DNA of 34,688 nt from Candidatus Altimarinota bacterium (lineage in GTDB: Bacteria > Patescibacteriota > Gracilibacteria > BD1-5 > UBA6164). The notes under the pieces are model-generated. The model did no database searches, was not told the origin of the DNA, and saw only the letters and a program-made list of their open reading frames with translations. A program made the translations under genes and the position numbers. The stretch spans positions 1-34,688 of the forward strand of contig JAMOTX010000050.1 of the NCBI GenBank assembly GCA_027062145.1, in the 5' to 3' direction. Positions 1-9,924 of this stretch are shown here, piece by piece (positions within the stretch are counted from its first letter, which is position 1; every line of letters begins with the position of its first letter).

Positions 1-90
1 TTATATAGTAGGTATATTTACATATCACTTGTAATTCATAAACTCTTTTCTAACCTCTTTCATTAGAGAATACCATAAAAAATATTAATT

Positions 91-131
91 AAAAAAAGCT
101 AGAAGAAAATTATTTTCTTCTAGCTTTTTTT
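91..131. terminator. bidirectional terminator hairpin
   Basis: A7-gctagaagaaaa (98-109)-tta-ttttcttctagc (113-124)-T7. The TAA of the PH-domain gene (110-112) is the loop. Confidence 0.7.
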
Positions 132-661
132 GTTTTATATTTAGCTATATTATCAGTATGTCAGTTTAGTTTTATATAATCTAAAACTCTTCATAAATAG
201 TTTGCAATATCAGAGTGTCATTTTACTCATCTGAAATATATATTTGAATGTTCATCAGTTCACTGAATCATTATATTTCAGTATCAAAATATTGAATCAT
301 AAAAATTTCTTCTAGTTGTTGTTGCTTTAACGTCAGTTAGCTTTAATTCCTTTCTATGTTGTGTAAATATACCACTTCTAACAAGTTTTAATACTCTTCT
401 TGTAGTTATTATTATCCATGTATTAGAATATTGTCTTTTAAGATATATAAATAGTATTAATAGAGTAAAAATTGATATTATAGTAGATACTATATATGAA
501 TCTAAAAAATATTTTATACTAATAAATAATATAGCACTCAATATAATGTATACTATAAAAAGATGAGATTTTCTTATTAAAAAATGAATTATATTTTCAT
601 GTTGTTTTAATAATAATTTTTCATCAGAATATTGTCATTCAAATTGTTTTTTATCTTTCAT
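110..661 (-). CDS. membrane protein with bacterial PH (bPH_2 / YdbS-YdbT-like) domain, 183 aa under table 25
   Basis: ATG at 661. Two hydrophobic helices are followed by WIIITTRRVLKLVRSGIFTQHRKELKLTDV, typical of bacterial PH domains. The ORF-track end at 284-286 is TGA. Reading it as Gly continues in frame as DSIF-G-YGNIMIQGTDEHSNIYFRGV to TAA at 110-112. Confidence 0.7.
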
Positions 662-2480
662 ATTTATTTTTAAGTTCTTCTAAATTTATTTCAAAAATTA
701 CAGGTCTTCAGTGAGGACATGTTGCTGAATAATCTATGACAGAATCATTTAATAATTTATTCATTTCAAATAAACTTAATTTATGTCAAAATTTTATAGC
801 TGATCTACAAGCCGTGTAAGCAAATATTTTATTTTTTATTTCTTCTAAAGTAGTTGATTTAGAAAAATTTCAGCTAGATATATCTTCTATAATTCATAGA
901 AAAATATTTCATATATTATCCTTTTTGATAAAATCAGGGATTCAATTAATAATAATATTATTTCAAGGCATGATTTCAAAATCAAAACCGATGTCTAAAA
1001 AGCTTGTATTATTATTATTTAATATATCTGATTCTTTAGGGGTTAATGATATATTTTCAGCTATTAATAATCATTGAATATTATGTACATAATCATTGTT
1101 TATTAATTTTTCATATATTATTCTTTCTGCTAATGCATGTTGATCTAAAAATTTAATTCACTCTTGAGTTTCTACTATTATGTACGAATTATGTGATTGT
1201 CATATTATTTTTCATAATGGTGTATCATGTAAATCAGTAGATTTTTCTAATTCATTATTTTCCTCATATGTAGATCAATTATCTAACATTGATTTAGAGG
1301 AATCTAATGTATTATTTATTTGAGTTTGATTTATATTTGGAGCTTTATCTGTATATGGAGAGTATGCTTTAAATTTAGTTCACGAACCAGTATATCAATT
1401 TTTATGTACTGGTGCTGGAATATTTTCTCTTAAATTTTTAATACTATAATTATTATTTAAATTATCAGATAATTTAGGAGTAGTAATAAGAGTAACTTTA
1501 TTTAAGGAATCTTGAATAGAATGATAAATTGCTCTAAATATGTTTTGTTCAGATGCAAACCTTACTTCTAGTTTTCTTGGATGAACATTTACATCTACTT
1601 GAGTTGGATCCACATTTAGGTTTAAAACATAACCAGGATTCATAGAATGAGGGATAAATCTATTGTAAGCATCGTTAATTGCTTTCATAATAAGAGGGGA
1701 TTTAATAACCCTTTTATTTACAAATAAACATTGTCTATTTTTACTAGGAAAACTGATTTTAGGATCAGAAATATATCAGTTTATATCTATTCAATTCATC
1801 TCAAAATTGATTTCTAATAAATTTTCTGAAAAATCTGATCAATATATATTATAAATTCTTGTTTTTAAATTTTCACCTTTTGAATATTTAAATATTTTTT
1901 TTGAATCGGATATAAATTCAAACCCTATATTTGGATATGATAATGCAATTTGTTGTAAAAATACAAATATATGATTATATTCTGTCCTTGCTTTTTTTAA
2001 GTAATTTAATCTTGCAGGTGTATTATAAAATAGATTTTCAACTATTATCTTAGTTCATGTTTCACATGCAAAAGTCTCAATATCTTGAGAAATTCATCAT
2101 AGTATTTCTAATTTATTTCAATAATCTTCGTTCATATTTTTAGATATTATTTCCATATCAGAAACTGATGAAATAGCAGAAATAGCCTCTCATCTAAATC
2201 AAAACGTCATTATATTATATAAATCTTCTAAGTTTTTTATCTTACTTGTAGAGTATTTTTCTATTACAAGAGGTAAATCTTCTTTTTCAATTCATTCACC
2301 ATTATCAGATATAATGATTTTATCTATTCATCAATTTTCTATTTCTACTGATATAGAATCAGCTCACGCATCAATACTATTTTCTATTAGTTCTTTTACT
2401 ATTGAAATAGGTCTTTCTACTACTTCTCAGGCTGCAATTTGATTTGCTAAATTTTTATCTAATTTAATTATTTTAGACAT
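651..2480 (-). CDS. mutL: DNA mismatch repair protein MutL, 609 aa
   Basis: N-terminus is [43 protein letters not shown] (GHKL ATPase motifs). The middle fragment contains VDVNVHPRKLEVRF. The C-terminus is SATCPH-G-RPVIFEI. All three parts are in one frame (1830 nt). It overlaps the next gene by 11 nt. Confidence 0.93.
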
Positions 2481-2536
2481 TAGGAGTTTTTATAAATTAT
2501 TTATAAAATTTTAGCTATTATGTTAAAAAAGTAAAT

Positions 2537-2572
2537 AAAAAAGATTAATTGAAATTTCAATTAATCTTTTTT
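2537..2572. terminator. terminator, perfect 18+18 palindrome
   Basis: aaaaaagattaattgaaa|tttcaattaatctttttt. It contains the TAA of the 75-aa gene (2561-2563). Confidence 0.7.
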
Positions 2573-2788
2573 ATTTAAAGTTTCTGATACTTTTGATTTA
2601 ATCATTTCAGGAATGTTTGCATATGCCTGAATTATACTTTTAACTTTGTTATACATTTCTACTACTTCCATTATTGGTCATAATATTTTTAGTACTCTTA
2701 TTAGTACAACTATTAATAATGTTCAAATTATAGAAGAGAATACTATTAATACTAAGTATAATATTTCAATTATTGTTAATGTAACCAT
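2561..2788 (-). CDS. small membrane protein, 75 aa, unknown function
   Basis: ATG at 2788. Sequence is MVTLTIIEILYLVLIVFSSII-G-TLLIVVLIRVLKIL-G-PIMEVVEMYNKV..., one long hydrophobic N-terminal segment. TAA at 2561-2563 lies inside the terminator hairpin. Its start lies 17 nt downstream of the stop of the preceding CDS. Confidence 0.55.
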
Positions 2789-2804
2789 AATTTTTGTTTA
2801 ATTT

Positions 2805-3305
2805 TTAAGCGTCGTCTATTAATTTATTTATATCTAAATCGAAAGATTTTACAAGTTTTAATATATTTTCAGTACCTTCAATATTTTTATAAACTTTTTC
2901 TTCTTGAAAAACTACCATACAAGGTAATTTTTTTTCATCTATATTATAATCTTTTAATTTGATATTTTCGATTTTCGATTTAGCTAATTTAACAGATATA
3001 TTTTGAGTAAAAGCTTTTGTAGCCATTACAGGTAAAATATACAAAGCTTTTATAAAAAAATCTGATCATTCTTCCGCAAAAATAATTATAGATTTATGCT
3101 TATATTCTTTTTCTATTCAAGTTTCTTTATTTTTAAACTTTGTAGTAGCTGATTTTTTAATGATAACTTCTAATTCTTCTTTTTTATCTATAGTGAGACC
3201 AGAATTAGTTAATTTTCAAGCACTATACTCTATAGCTTTCTGAGTTTGTTCAGAGGCTTTTTCTTTTAATTTAAGAGCTTTTTCTTTTAGTTCTTTAAAA
3301 TCCAT
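2805..3305 (-). CDS. hypothetical protein, 166 aa; C-terminal half looks thioredoxin-fold-like but has no CxxC
   Basis: This extends ORF-track 2805..3044 through three TGA codons to ATG at 3305. The pattern HKSIIIFAEE-G-SDFFIKAL...LPCMVVFQEEKVYKNIEG resembles a thioredoxin fold with the CxxC position occupied by GSDF. The function call is weak. Confidence 0.6.
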
Positions 3306-3369
3306 TTTAATTAATTAATTAATATATATTTATATTTTACTATATATTATATTTTTTTGCAAAAAAGAT

Positions 3370-3397
3370 TTGCATTTTGTTACATTATTCATATGAT
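3370..3397 (+). promoter_or_regulatory. candidate sigma70-type promoter for rplS (TTGCAT-16-TATGAT)
   Basis: TTGCAT at 3370-3375 and TATGAT at 3392-3397. AT-rich background makes chance matches likely. Confidence 0.3.
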
Positions 3398-3442
3398 ATG
3401 GCCAATTCCAAAAAAGGAAATTTATTTTTAAAACAAATTATT

Positions 3443-3805
3443 ATGTCAAATTCTGCAATAATAAAAATTGTACAAGAAGGGTTTTTACAAGAAGGTAGAG
3501 AACAAATTAAAACTGGTATGGAAGTTGAGGTTCACCAAATTATTAAAGAAGGTTCTAAAGAAAGAATTCAAAAATTTAAAGGTTTAGTAATTAAAACAGC
3601 TGGTAAATCTGCTTTAGAAAATACTATGACTGTTAGAAGAAAAATTGGTGCCTTTGGTGTTGAAAAAGTATTTGCTATACATTCTCCAACTATTAAACAA
3701 ATTGATATTATTAGACAATTTAAAGTTAGAAGAAAATCTATTAAATTTATTAGAGATCTTACTGGTAAAGCTGCTAGACTTAAAGAAGTTAAAAAAGCAA
3801 AATAA
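3443..3805 (+). CDS. rplS: 50S ribosomal protein L19
   Basis: Contains EGSKERIQKFKGLVIKTAG...TVRRKIGAFGVEKVFAIHSPTIKQIDIIRQFKVRRKSIKFIRDLTGKAARLKE. The start is set at ATG 3443, giving 120 aa. The in-frame upstream starts at 3377 and 3398 would add an uncharacteristic extension and overlap the putative -10 element. Confidence 0.88.
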   Translation: MSNSAIIKIVQEGFLQEGREQIKTGMEVEVHQIIKEGSKERIQKFKGLVIKTAGKSALENTMTVRRKIGAFGVEKVFAIHSPTIKQIDIIRQFKVRRKSIKFIRDLTGKAARLKEVKKAK

Positions 3806-3813
3806 TTGATTTT

Positions 3814-3841
3814 AAAAAACCTCCGATTTAGGAGGTTTTTT
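3814..3841 (+). terminator. rho-independent terminator after rplS
   Basis: Stem aaaaacctcc (3815-3824) pairs with ggaggttttt (3831-3840), with loop gattta and a T-run. Confidence 0.8.
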
Positions 3842-3901
3842 CTTTTCAAAAAGTATTTTTTGAATATAATCTTTAGCAATTAATTAACAAATAATATAAA
3901 T

Positions 3902-5356
3902 ATGAATTTTAAAGATTTAAGTTTAGAAGAAATAATAAATAAATTGAACTCTAAAGAGGTAACAAAAGAGGAAGTTTTTGATTATTTTCAAAGTAGAATT
4001 GAAAAATATGATGATAAAATCAAATCATATAATTTTATAAATAAAAAAGGATTAAATTCTATAGATTGAAAATTAGCTTGAGTACCAATTGCTGTAAAAG
4101 ATATTTTTTGTGAAAAATGAGTAGTTACTACTTGTGCGTCAAATATGTTAAAAGATTTTGTACCACCTTATGATTCTGCTGTTATTGAAAATTTAAAAGA
4201 TGCTTGAATGAGTAGTCTTTGAAAAGTAAATATGGATGAATTTGCAATGGGTTCTACAAGTGAATCTTCGGTTATTCATACTACAACAAATCCATGGGGA
4301 ACTGATAGAATTCCAGGTGGTTCAAGCTGAGGTTCAGCTGCTTGTGTTGCAGCTTGATTAGCTCCTGCAGCACTTTGAACTGATACTGGGTGAAGTATTA
4401 GACAGCCTGCATCTATGTGTGGTATAGTTTGATTTAAACCAAGTTATGGTAGAAATAGTAGATATTGAACTATGGCTATGGCTTCAAGTTTAGATTGTCC
4501 ATGAACACTTACAAAAACTGTAAAAGATTCAGCAATTTTATATAATATTATGAATGGTTATGATGAAAGAGAAAGTACTTCGTTACCAGGAAAAGATATT
4601 ATTGATGATAAAATTTGGGAAACAAAAAATTTAAAATGAATGAAAATAGGTATTCCAAAAGAATATTTTGAAGAATGATTAGATAAATGAGTAAAAGCTA
4701 GAATTGATGAAGCAGTTGAAAAAATGAAAGAATTATGAGCTGAAATAAAAGAGGTATCTCTTCCTATGACAAAATATGCAATTGCTACTTATTATATAAT
4801 TATGCCTGCAGAAGTATCTACTAATCTTTCTAGATATGATGGTATAAGGTTTGGTCATAATTCTGATAAATCATATGAAAGTACAGATGAATTATTTATG
4901 AACAATAGAGAAGAATGATTTGGTGATGAAGCTAAAAGAAGAATAGTTTTATGAAGTTATGTATTATCTGCTTGATATTATGATGCTTATTTTAAAAAAG
5001 CTACTCAAGTAAGAACTCTTATTATAGAAGATTTTAATAAAGTTTTTGAAGAAGTAGATGCTATTATTTCTCCTGTTGCACCAACTGTTGCTTGGAAAAC
5101 ATGAGAAAAAATAAATGATCCAGTTAAAATGTATTTATCTGATGCATATACTATTCCTGCTTCTTTAGCTTGATTGCCATGAATATCAGTTCCATGTGGT
5201 TTCGCTGAGAGTGATGATGAAAATAAAGAATTACTACCAGTTTGATTACAAATATTAACTAGTAGATTAGAAGAACAAAAACTATTTGAAATAGCTAATG
5301 TTTATGAACAAGCTACTAAATTTTGAATTAAATGTCCAAAATGATTTGAAGATTAA
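3902..5356 (+). CDS. gatA: Glu-tRNA(Gln)/Asp-tRNA(Asn) amidotransferase subunit A, 484 aa
   Basis: [41 protein letters not shown]; amidase signature GGSS-G-GSAA with TGA at 4328-4330; [22 protein letters not shown]. The N- and C-termini are in one frame (1455 nt). Confidence 0.9.
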
Positions 5357-5370
5357 GCTTCAATTTGACA

Positions 5371-5412
5371 AAATAATTACTAATATGTTAAAATATTAGT
5401 AATTATTTTTTT
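5371..5412 (+). terminator. rho-independent terminator after gatA
   Basis: A 16-bp stem, aaataattactaatat (5371-5386) pairing with atattagtaattattt (5392-5407), followed by a T-run. Confidence 0.7.
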
Positions 5413-5424
5413 ATAAATAAAATT

Positions 5425-6516
5425 ATGCCACTTATTGAATGAATTGCTGAACCACAAATGTGAGATAAGGAAAAAATAGATCAAGATAATTTAGACTATT
5501 CTAAACCTCTTAATAAACCATTAGATGAAACAAAAGATGAATTAAAATCATTATTTTGAGATTTTTCAAAAGAAAAAAAAGATCCTCTTTCTGATATGAA
5601 TGAAAAACAAGTTTCTGAAGATGAATTAGATTCTTTATTAAATCTGGATGAAGAATCTATTATTGATAAAAATCATGTAAATATAGATGATTTTTCAGAT
5701 ACGCCTACTGAAGAAGATTATATGAATAATCAAAAACAATTAGAAATAAAAACTTCAAAAGAATTTCCTCTAGTTAAAACTTTCTTGAGTGAAAGAAATA
5801 TAAATGAGGATTCTTTATCTTTAAATAAAGATTGAAAAATTGATGTAAATGCTATTGAATGACTAGGTTATGAAGATAAAGAAATGTTGACATGATTATT
5901 AGTAAATATCGAGTGAGATAATAGAGATCAAAACAGAATAGATTTTTCTACAAATATTAAAAATATTCAAGAATTTAGTGAATATGATTTAACATTTTGA
6001 GATCAATGATTTGATAATGGTGTTTTAAATAGGATTTGAGGAAATTATATTGATATTCCTGATGCATCATGAAAAATAGATGTAACAAAAAATATTTCTA
6101 CTTCAATTGAAATTACTAAAAATGAAATTTTAAAAGAGGCTAAAAATGTTAAACCTGATTCTCAAACTTATAAGACAGCAATTGCTAATATTGAATCATG
6201 AAATTTACAAAAACAATTAGAATGAATAAATAGCTTATATTATTTAGCATTTTCATCTGAAGGTAAACTATGAGCTAAAGAGTCTTTAAGTATTCATAAA
6301 AATAAAAGAAAAAAAGAATTAATAAATGATGCTAATGTATTAGAAGATAAAATTCAAATTGCTTTAAATAATAATGATCAAAAAGAATTAAAAAAATTAG
6401 ATATTCAAAAAGATGTTATTATTTTCGAAGTAGAAGAATTAGTAAAATGAGATATTTTTGAATCAGGTGAATTAGATAAAATGGAGGAAAATTTAGAAAA
6501 AGAAAAACAAGATTAG
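5425..6516 (+). CDS. acidic hypothetical protein, 363 aa
   Basis: ATG at 5425. It is in frame with ORF-track 5596..5835 and open through many TGA codons to TAG at 6514-6516. The sequence is D/E-rich, has a repeated GKIDV motif and a K/E-rich C-terminus. I recognise no family. Confidence 0.7.
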
Positions 6517-6533
6517 TCTTGTTTTTCTTTTTT
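6501..6533. terminator. bidirectional terminator shared by convergent genes
   Basis: Stem agaaaaacaaga (6501-6512) pairs with tcttgtttttct (6517-6528), with loop ttag. Both convergent stop codons lie in the loop. Confidence 0.7.
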
Positions 6534-7988
6534 ATTGAACCATAAAATAATAAATATTAATATTATAAAATATAAAATTTCATAATGAGTTTTATATATT
6601 CATGGATTCAATTTAATCAAAGCCCAATTTAAATTTCAAAAGAAATGTACAACTAATATATCCCATTTTAGGAAAATCCGTGTTATATAACCTATAATAA
6701 TTCATCATAATGGATAGACAAAATGGACAATAACACTTATAAAACCAAAAATCATTGCTAAGGGAATAGTCCAAGTAACTGCTATGTTACTAAAGGGAGC
6801 TAATATAGACACTTGACCAAAACTAAATACCATAATTGGTAAAGTAAATATTAATGCTGATAAAGTTAATGTGAATGCAGTTTTTATTTCCAGTAAATTT
6901 GGTAAGAAATAAAATATTTTTTCAAAGAATTTTTGGCTATAAATTATTCATAAAACTGCTAAAAAACTTAAATGTAGTGAAATATCATAATTGAGACTTA
7001 AAGGTGAATAAATAACCATCAAGGTTATTGTAAATATTATTATTGATAATATATTTCACTTTCTTCATGAAATTAAAATATAATATCATAAAAGTCACAT
7101 AATTGAAGCTCTAATAACTGGTGCTGTATCACCTACTAAAATAGTAAAAAAAGCTATAAAAAGAGTGATAATTATAGTTTTTAACCATATAGGGAGGTAC
7201 TGTAAGAAAAAAGTTATAAATATTATTAAAATTGTAATATTAAATCATGAAACAGCTATAAAATGAGTTAATCAAGAATTATTAAAATCTTTTTTTAAAT
7301 TATCAGGAAGGGATTCTCTTGCTCAAAGAAGTATTCATCATAAAAATATTGCTTCTTCTTTAGGGTATATTTCATAAATTGAGCTAAGAAATTTTTGCCT
7401 AAATTTAATAATTATCTTTTCTATTATATTTGGTTCATTTATTCATAAAATAGTTAACTTATATGAGTCAGCACTAAAATAAATATTTTTAGATAACATA
7501 AAGTATTTATAATTAAATCATTCAAAGCTTTTTATAGGATTTATTTTAGTTATAATATTTAATAGTGTTCATTTATTTATTTTTTTATCTAGAGTTATTA
7601 ATAATAAAATATTAGTTTTAATTTTTTTATCTCATAACTTAATTAATTTTCATATATATTGAATTTTACCATTAGTTATTTTATTTACTCACTTTATTTC
7701 TATGTTCATTGATATTATATTGTTGTAGTATTTAGTTAATATTTTTTCGTTATCTTGAATGTTGGAATAATTATTATTTGAAATTAATATTCATAAAACA
7801 AAAGAAAGTATTATAAAAATAAATAATTTAATAAATTTCTTTTTTAGTAAAAAATATCACAAAAAAAGCACTACTAAAATTAGTAGTACTAGGAGTGATG
7901 TAAAAATATTATTTATTAGATTATTAGTGAATATTCATATTAAAAAAAATATTCAACTATATATAAATATAATGTATTTAGGTGTCAT
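6513..7988 (-). CDS. comEC: ComEC/Rec2-family competence (DNA internalisation) membrane protein, 491 aa, no C-terminal metallo-beta-lactamase domain
   Basis: Competence-domain pattern: TILVGDTAPVIRASIM-G-LL...ISLHLSFLAVL-G-II...TLSALIFTLPIMVFSFGQVSILAPFSNIAVTWTIPL. Polytopic throughout. ATG at 7988 and TAA at 6513-6515 (1476 nt). Confidence 0.8.
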
Positions 7989-7991
7989 AAT

Positions 7992-8789
7992 TTAATTTAA
8001 AAATGTTTTTTCTTTAATTTCGCTAGATCTAAAAACTATAAATAATCTATATGAACAAAATATTATAAATATTATAGAAAAAATTTGTAATATATTTATT
8101 CTGATATATTCATTATCCCTAAATATATCATATTTTCAACTAAAAAATTCAAATATTAGAAATATAGAAGACATAATAATTAATCATATATAACCAATTA
8201 AACCTTTTATATGAACATACATAGAACTAATGTATGATACAGAGAATAATATAAAAAATATTATTGCATATATTATTGGTAGAGGAAATACAGGTACTTG
8301 AAAGGGAACAGGTGAAAAAGGATGATTATATAATATTTCTATTCAATAAAAAGTTTCTCTTCAATATACTTGTCCTCAAAATAATGATCAAATATATCAA
8401 ATAAATAATATAAAAAATAAAGAAATAGTTAATCCATCTATAAAATTAGTAATTCTTTCTCTTTTAATTCTAGTAATAGTAAATAGTACTGTTAAAAATC
8501 AGAAAATTGCTCAGGCTAGTGAAAAATTATAGTCACTCATTATAAAAAATTCAAAAGGATTTTTTATATATTTTAAATCGTGCCATTTTCATATTACATA
8601 AAATAGTCTTGAAAAGAAAAATACTCAAAGAAAAAACCATAAGATATTTTTTTTAAATATATTGTAATCATATCAAAATCTTACTTGTAGTTTTTTTAGC
8701 ATCCATAGAAATGCAAAAAAACAAACTGTAATAGTTAATCAAAATGTATATATTATAAATCAATTAACAGGTTCAAAAAATGGAAACAT
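7992..8789 (-). CDS. lgt: prolipoprotein diacylglyceryl transferase-like membrane protein, 265 aa
   Basis: Polytopic. FIDGLTISLFFILFI-G-YI-G-SLF-G-GQVY-G-RETFY-G-IEILYNHPF...VFPLPIIYA resembles the Lgt core (GRIGNF.NGE.YG...HP.QLYE). Its stop lies 3 nt upstream of the comEC start. Confidence 0.65.
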
Positions 8790-8852
8790 AGCTTTAAATT
8801 ACTATTAAATTATATTTATTTTATATTTTTAATGAAAAAAAGCAATGCTTTT

Positions 8853-9275
8853 TTAGGCAATGCTTTTTTTATTAGAAAAATGAATTTTATGTTCTCTATT
8901 TGATTCATATTCAGAATCTGAAGAATGTATTAAATTATAGAGTTTTGACGTTCATATATATTTTTTTCTCATTGATAGAGCTATTTTTCTAACGTTTTCT
9001 ATAGCTTGTTCTCAACTTATTGATAATATAATTGATACATCTGAACTAATATATTTTACCACACTATTAAATAATGGATGATCTTTTTTATCTGCATAAT
9101 GTTCTTTTGCAGTTTTTTCATCTATTATTGTTTTTTTTCTTTCAATAATTTTAAATCATTTTATTGATAATATTCTAAAAAATATTTTTTGAAATTCTTC
9201 TTTAGTTACTTTTATATTTTCATTTAATTCTGATTTGGGTATTGAAGGTTTTAATATTATTAATGTTTTTTCCAT
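8853..9275 (-). CDS. ndk: nucleoside diphosphate kinase, 140 aa
   Basis: MEKTLIILKPS...KEHYADKKDHPLFNSVVKYISSDVSIILSIS-G-EQAIENVRK...LYNLIHSSDSEYESNREHKIHF. NxxH(G/S)SD is the catalytic His motif. Confidence 0.85.
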
Positions 9276-9277
9276 AA

Positions 9278-9835
9278 TTATGCTCTATTTCTATATTCTT
9301 TAGTTCTTGTATCAATTACTAATTTATCTCATACCTTTACAAATAAAGGAACTTGAATAATTAATCCAGTAGTTAATGTAGCTGGCTTTTTACCACCTGT
9401 TGCAGTATCACCTTTTTCACCAGGTGGTGTTTCAGTTACTTCAAGAGTACATGTAGGTTCAAGATTAACATTAATGGGATTACCATTAAATTCTTGTAAT
9501 AATACTTTATCACCATCTTGTAAAAATAATTCAGCACCTCATAAAGCTTCTTTTAATAATTCAACTTGTTCAAAAGTAGTATTATTCATGAAATAATAAT
9601 TTGTACCATCATTATATAAATAATCATATTCTGTATTTGTTATGTCAGCAGGTGGGAATCTATCATGATCTGAAAATGTTTTTGGTATATTAGAACCAGT
9701 TAATAAATTTCTAGCTTTAATATTTATAATTGAACCTCATCTACCCATTACTTTTTGAGCATAACTCACTACTTCGTAAGGAGCATTATCCATTATAAAT
9801 TTTTTACCTACTTTTAGGTCACTTGCATTGTACAT
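9278..9835 (-). CDS. efp: elongation factor P, 185 aa
   Basis: MYNASDLKVGKKFIMDNAPYEVVSYAQKVMGR-G-GSIINIKARNLLTG...[51 protein letters not shown]. Confidence 0.93.
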
Positions 9836-9858
9836 ATTTATATATTTTAAAGATAAAA

Positions 9859-9902
9859 ATTACGAATTACGTATATATTATATAATACTCGTAATTCGTA
9901 AT
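9859..9902 (-). promoter_or_regulatory. 13-bp perfect inverted repeat (attacgaattacg / cgtaattcgtaat) between rny and efp; either an attenuator/terminator or an operator
   Basis: Arms at 9859-9871 and 9890-9902 with an 18-nt AT loop. On the minus strand it is followed by ttttatcttt and then the efp ATG 24 nt later. A TTGACA hexamer (minus strand, 9908-9903) abuts the repeat, and several -10-like hexamers sit in the loop. Confidence 0.45.
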
Positions 9903-9924
9903 TGTCAATTAGTTAATTTTGTAT

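Noticed and set aside
1-66. Possible 3' end of a plus-strand gene (frame 1, ...SLVIHKLFSNLFH, TAG at 64-66), or a 20-aa minus-strand ORF at 1..63
   Set aside because: It is too short and touches the window edge, so neither can be supported. The plus-strand reading fits the bidirectional terminator at 98-124 but remains a guess.
3377-3442. Longer rplS start (ORF-track 3377, or ATG 3398)
   Set aside because: It would add 15-22 non-conserved residues to L19 and overlap the candidate -10 element. ATG 3443 gives a normal-length L19. I cannot exclude the longer form.
3568-3879. ORF-track 103-aa ORF on the minus strand
   Set aside because: It is antisense to rplS and runs through the rplS terminator.
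8841-8870. Tandem GCAATGCTTTTT(T) repeat at the ndk 3' end
   Set aside because: There are only two copies, each a weak mini-palindrome. It is most simply a degenerate terminator region and not a repeat array.
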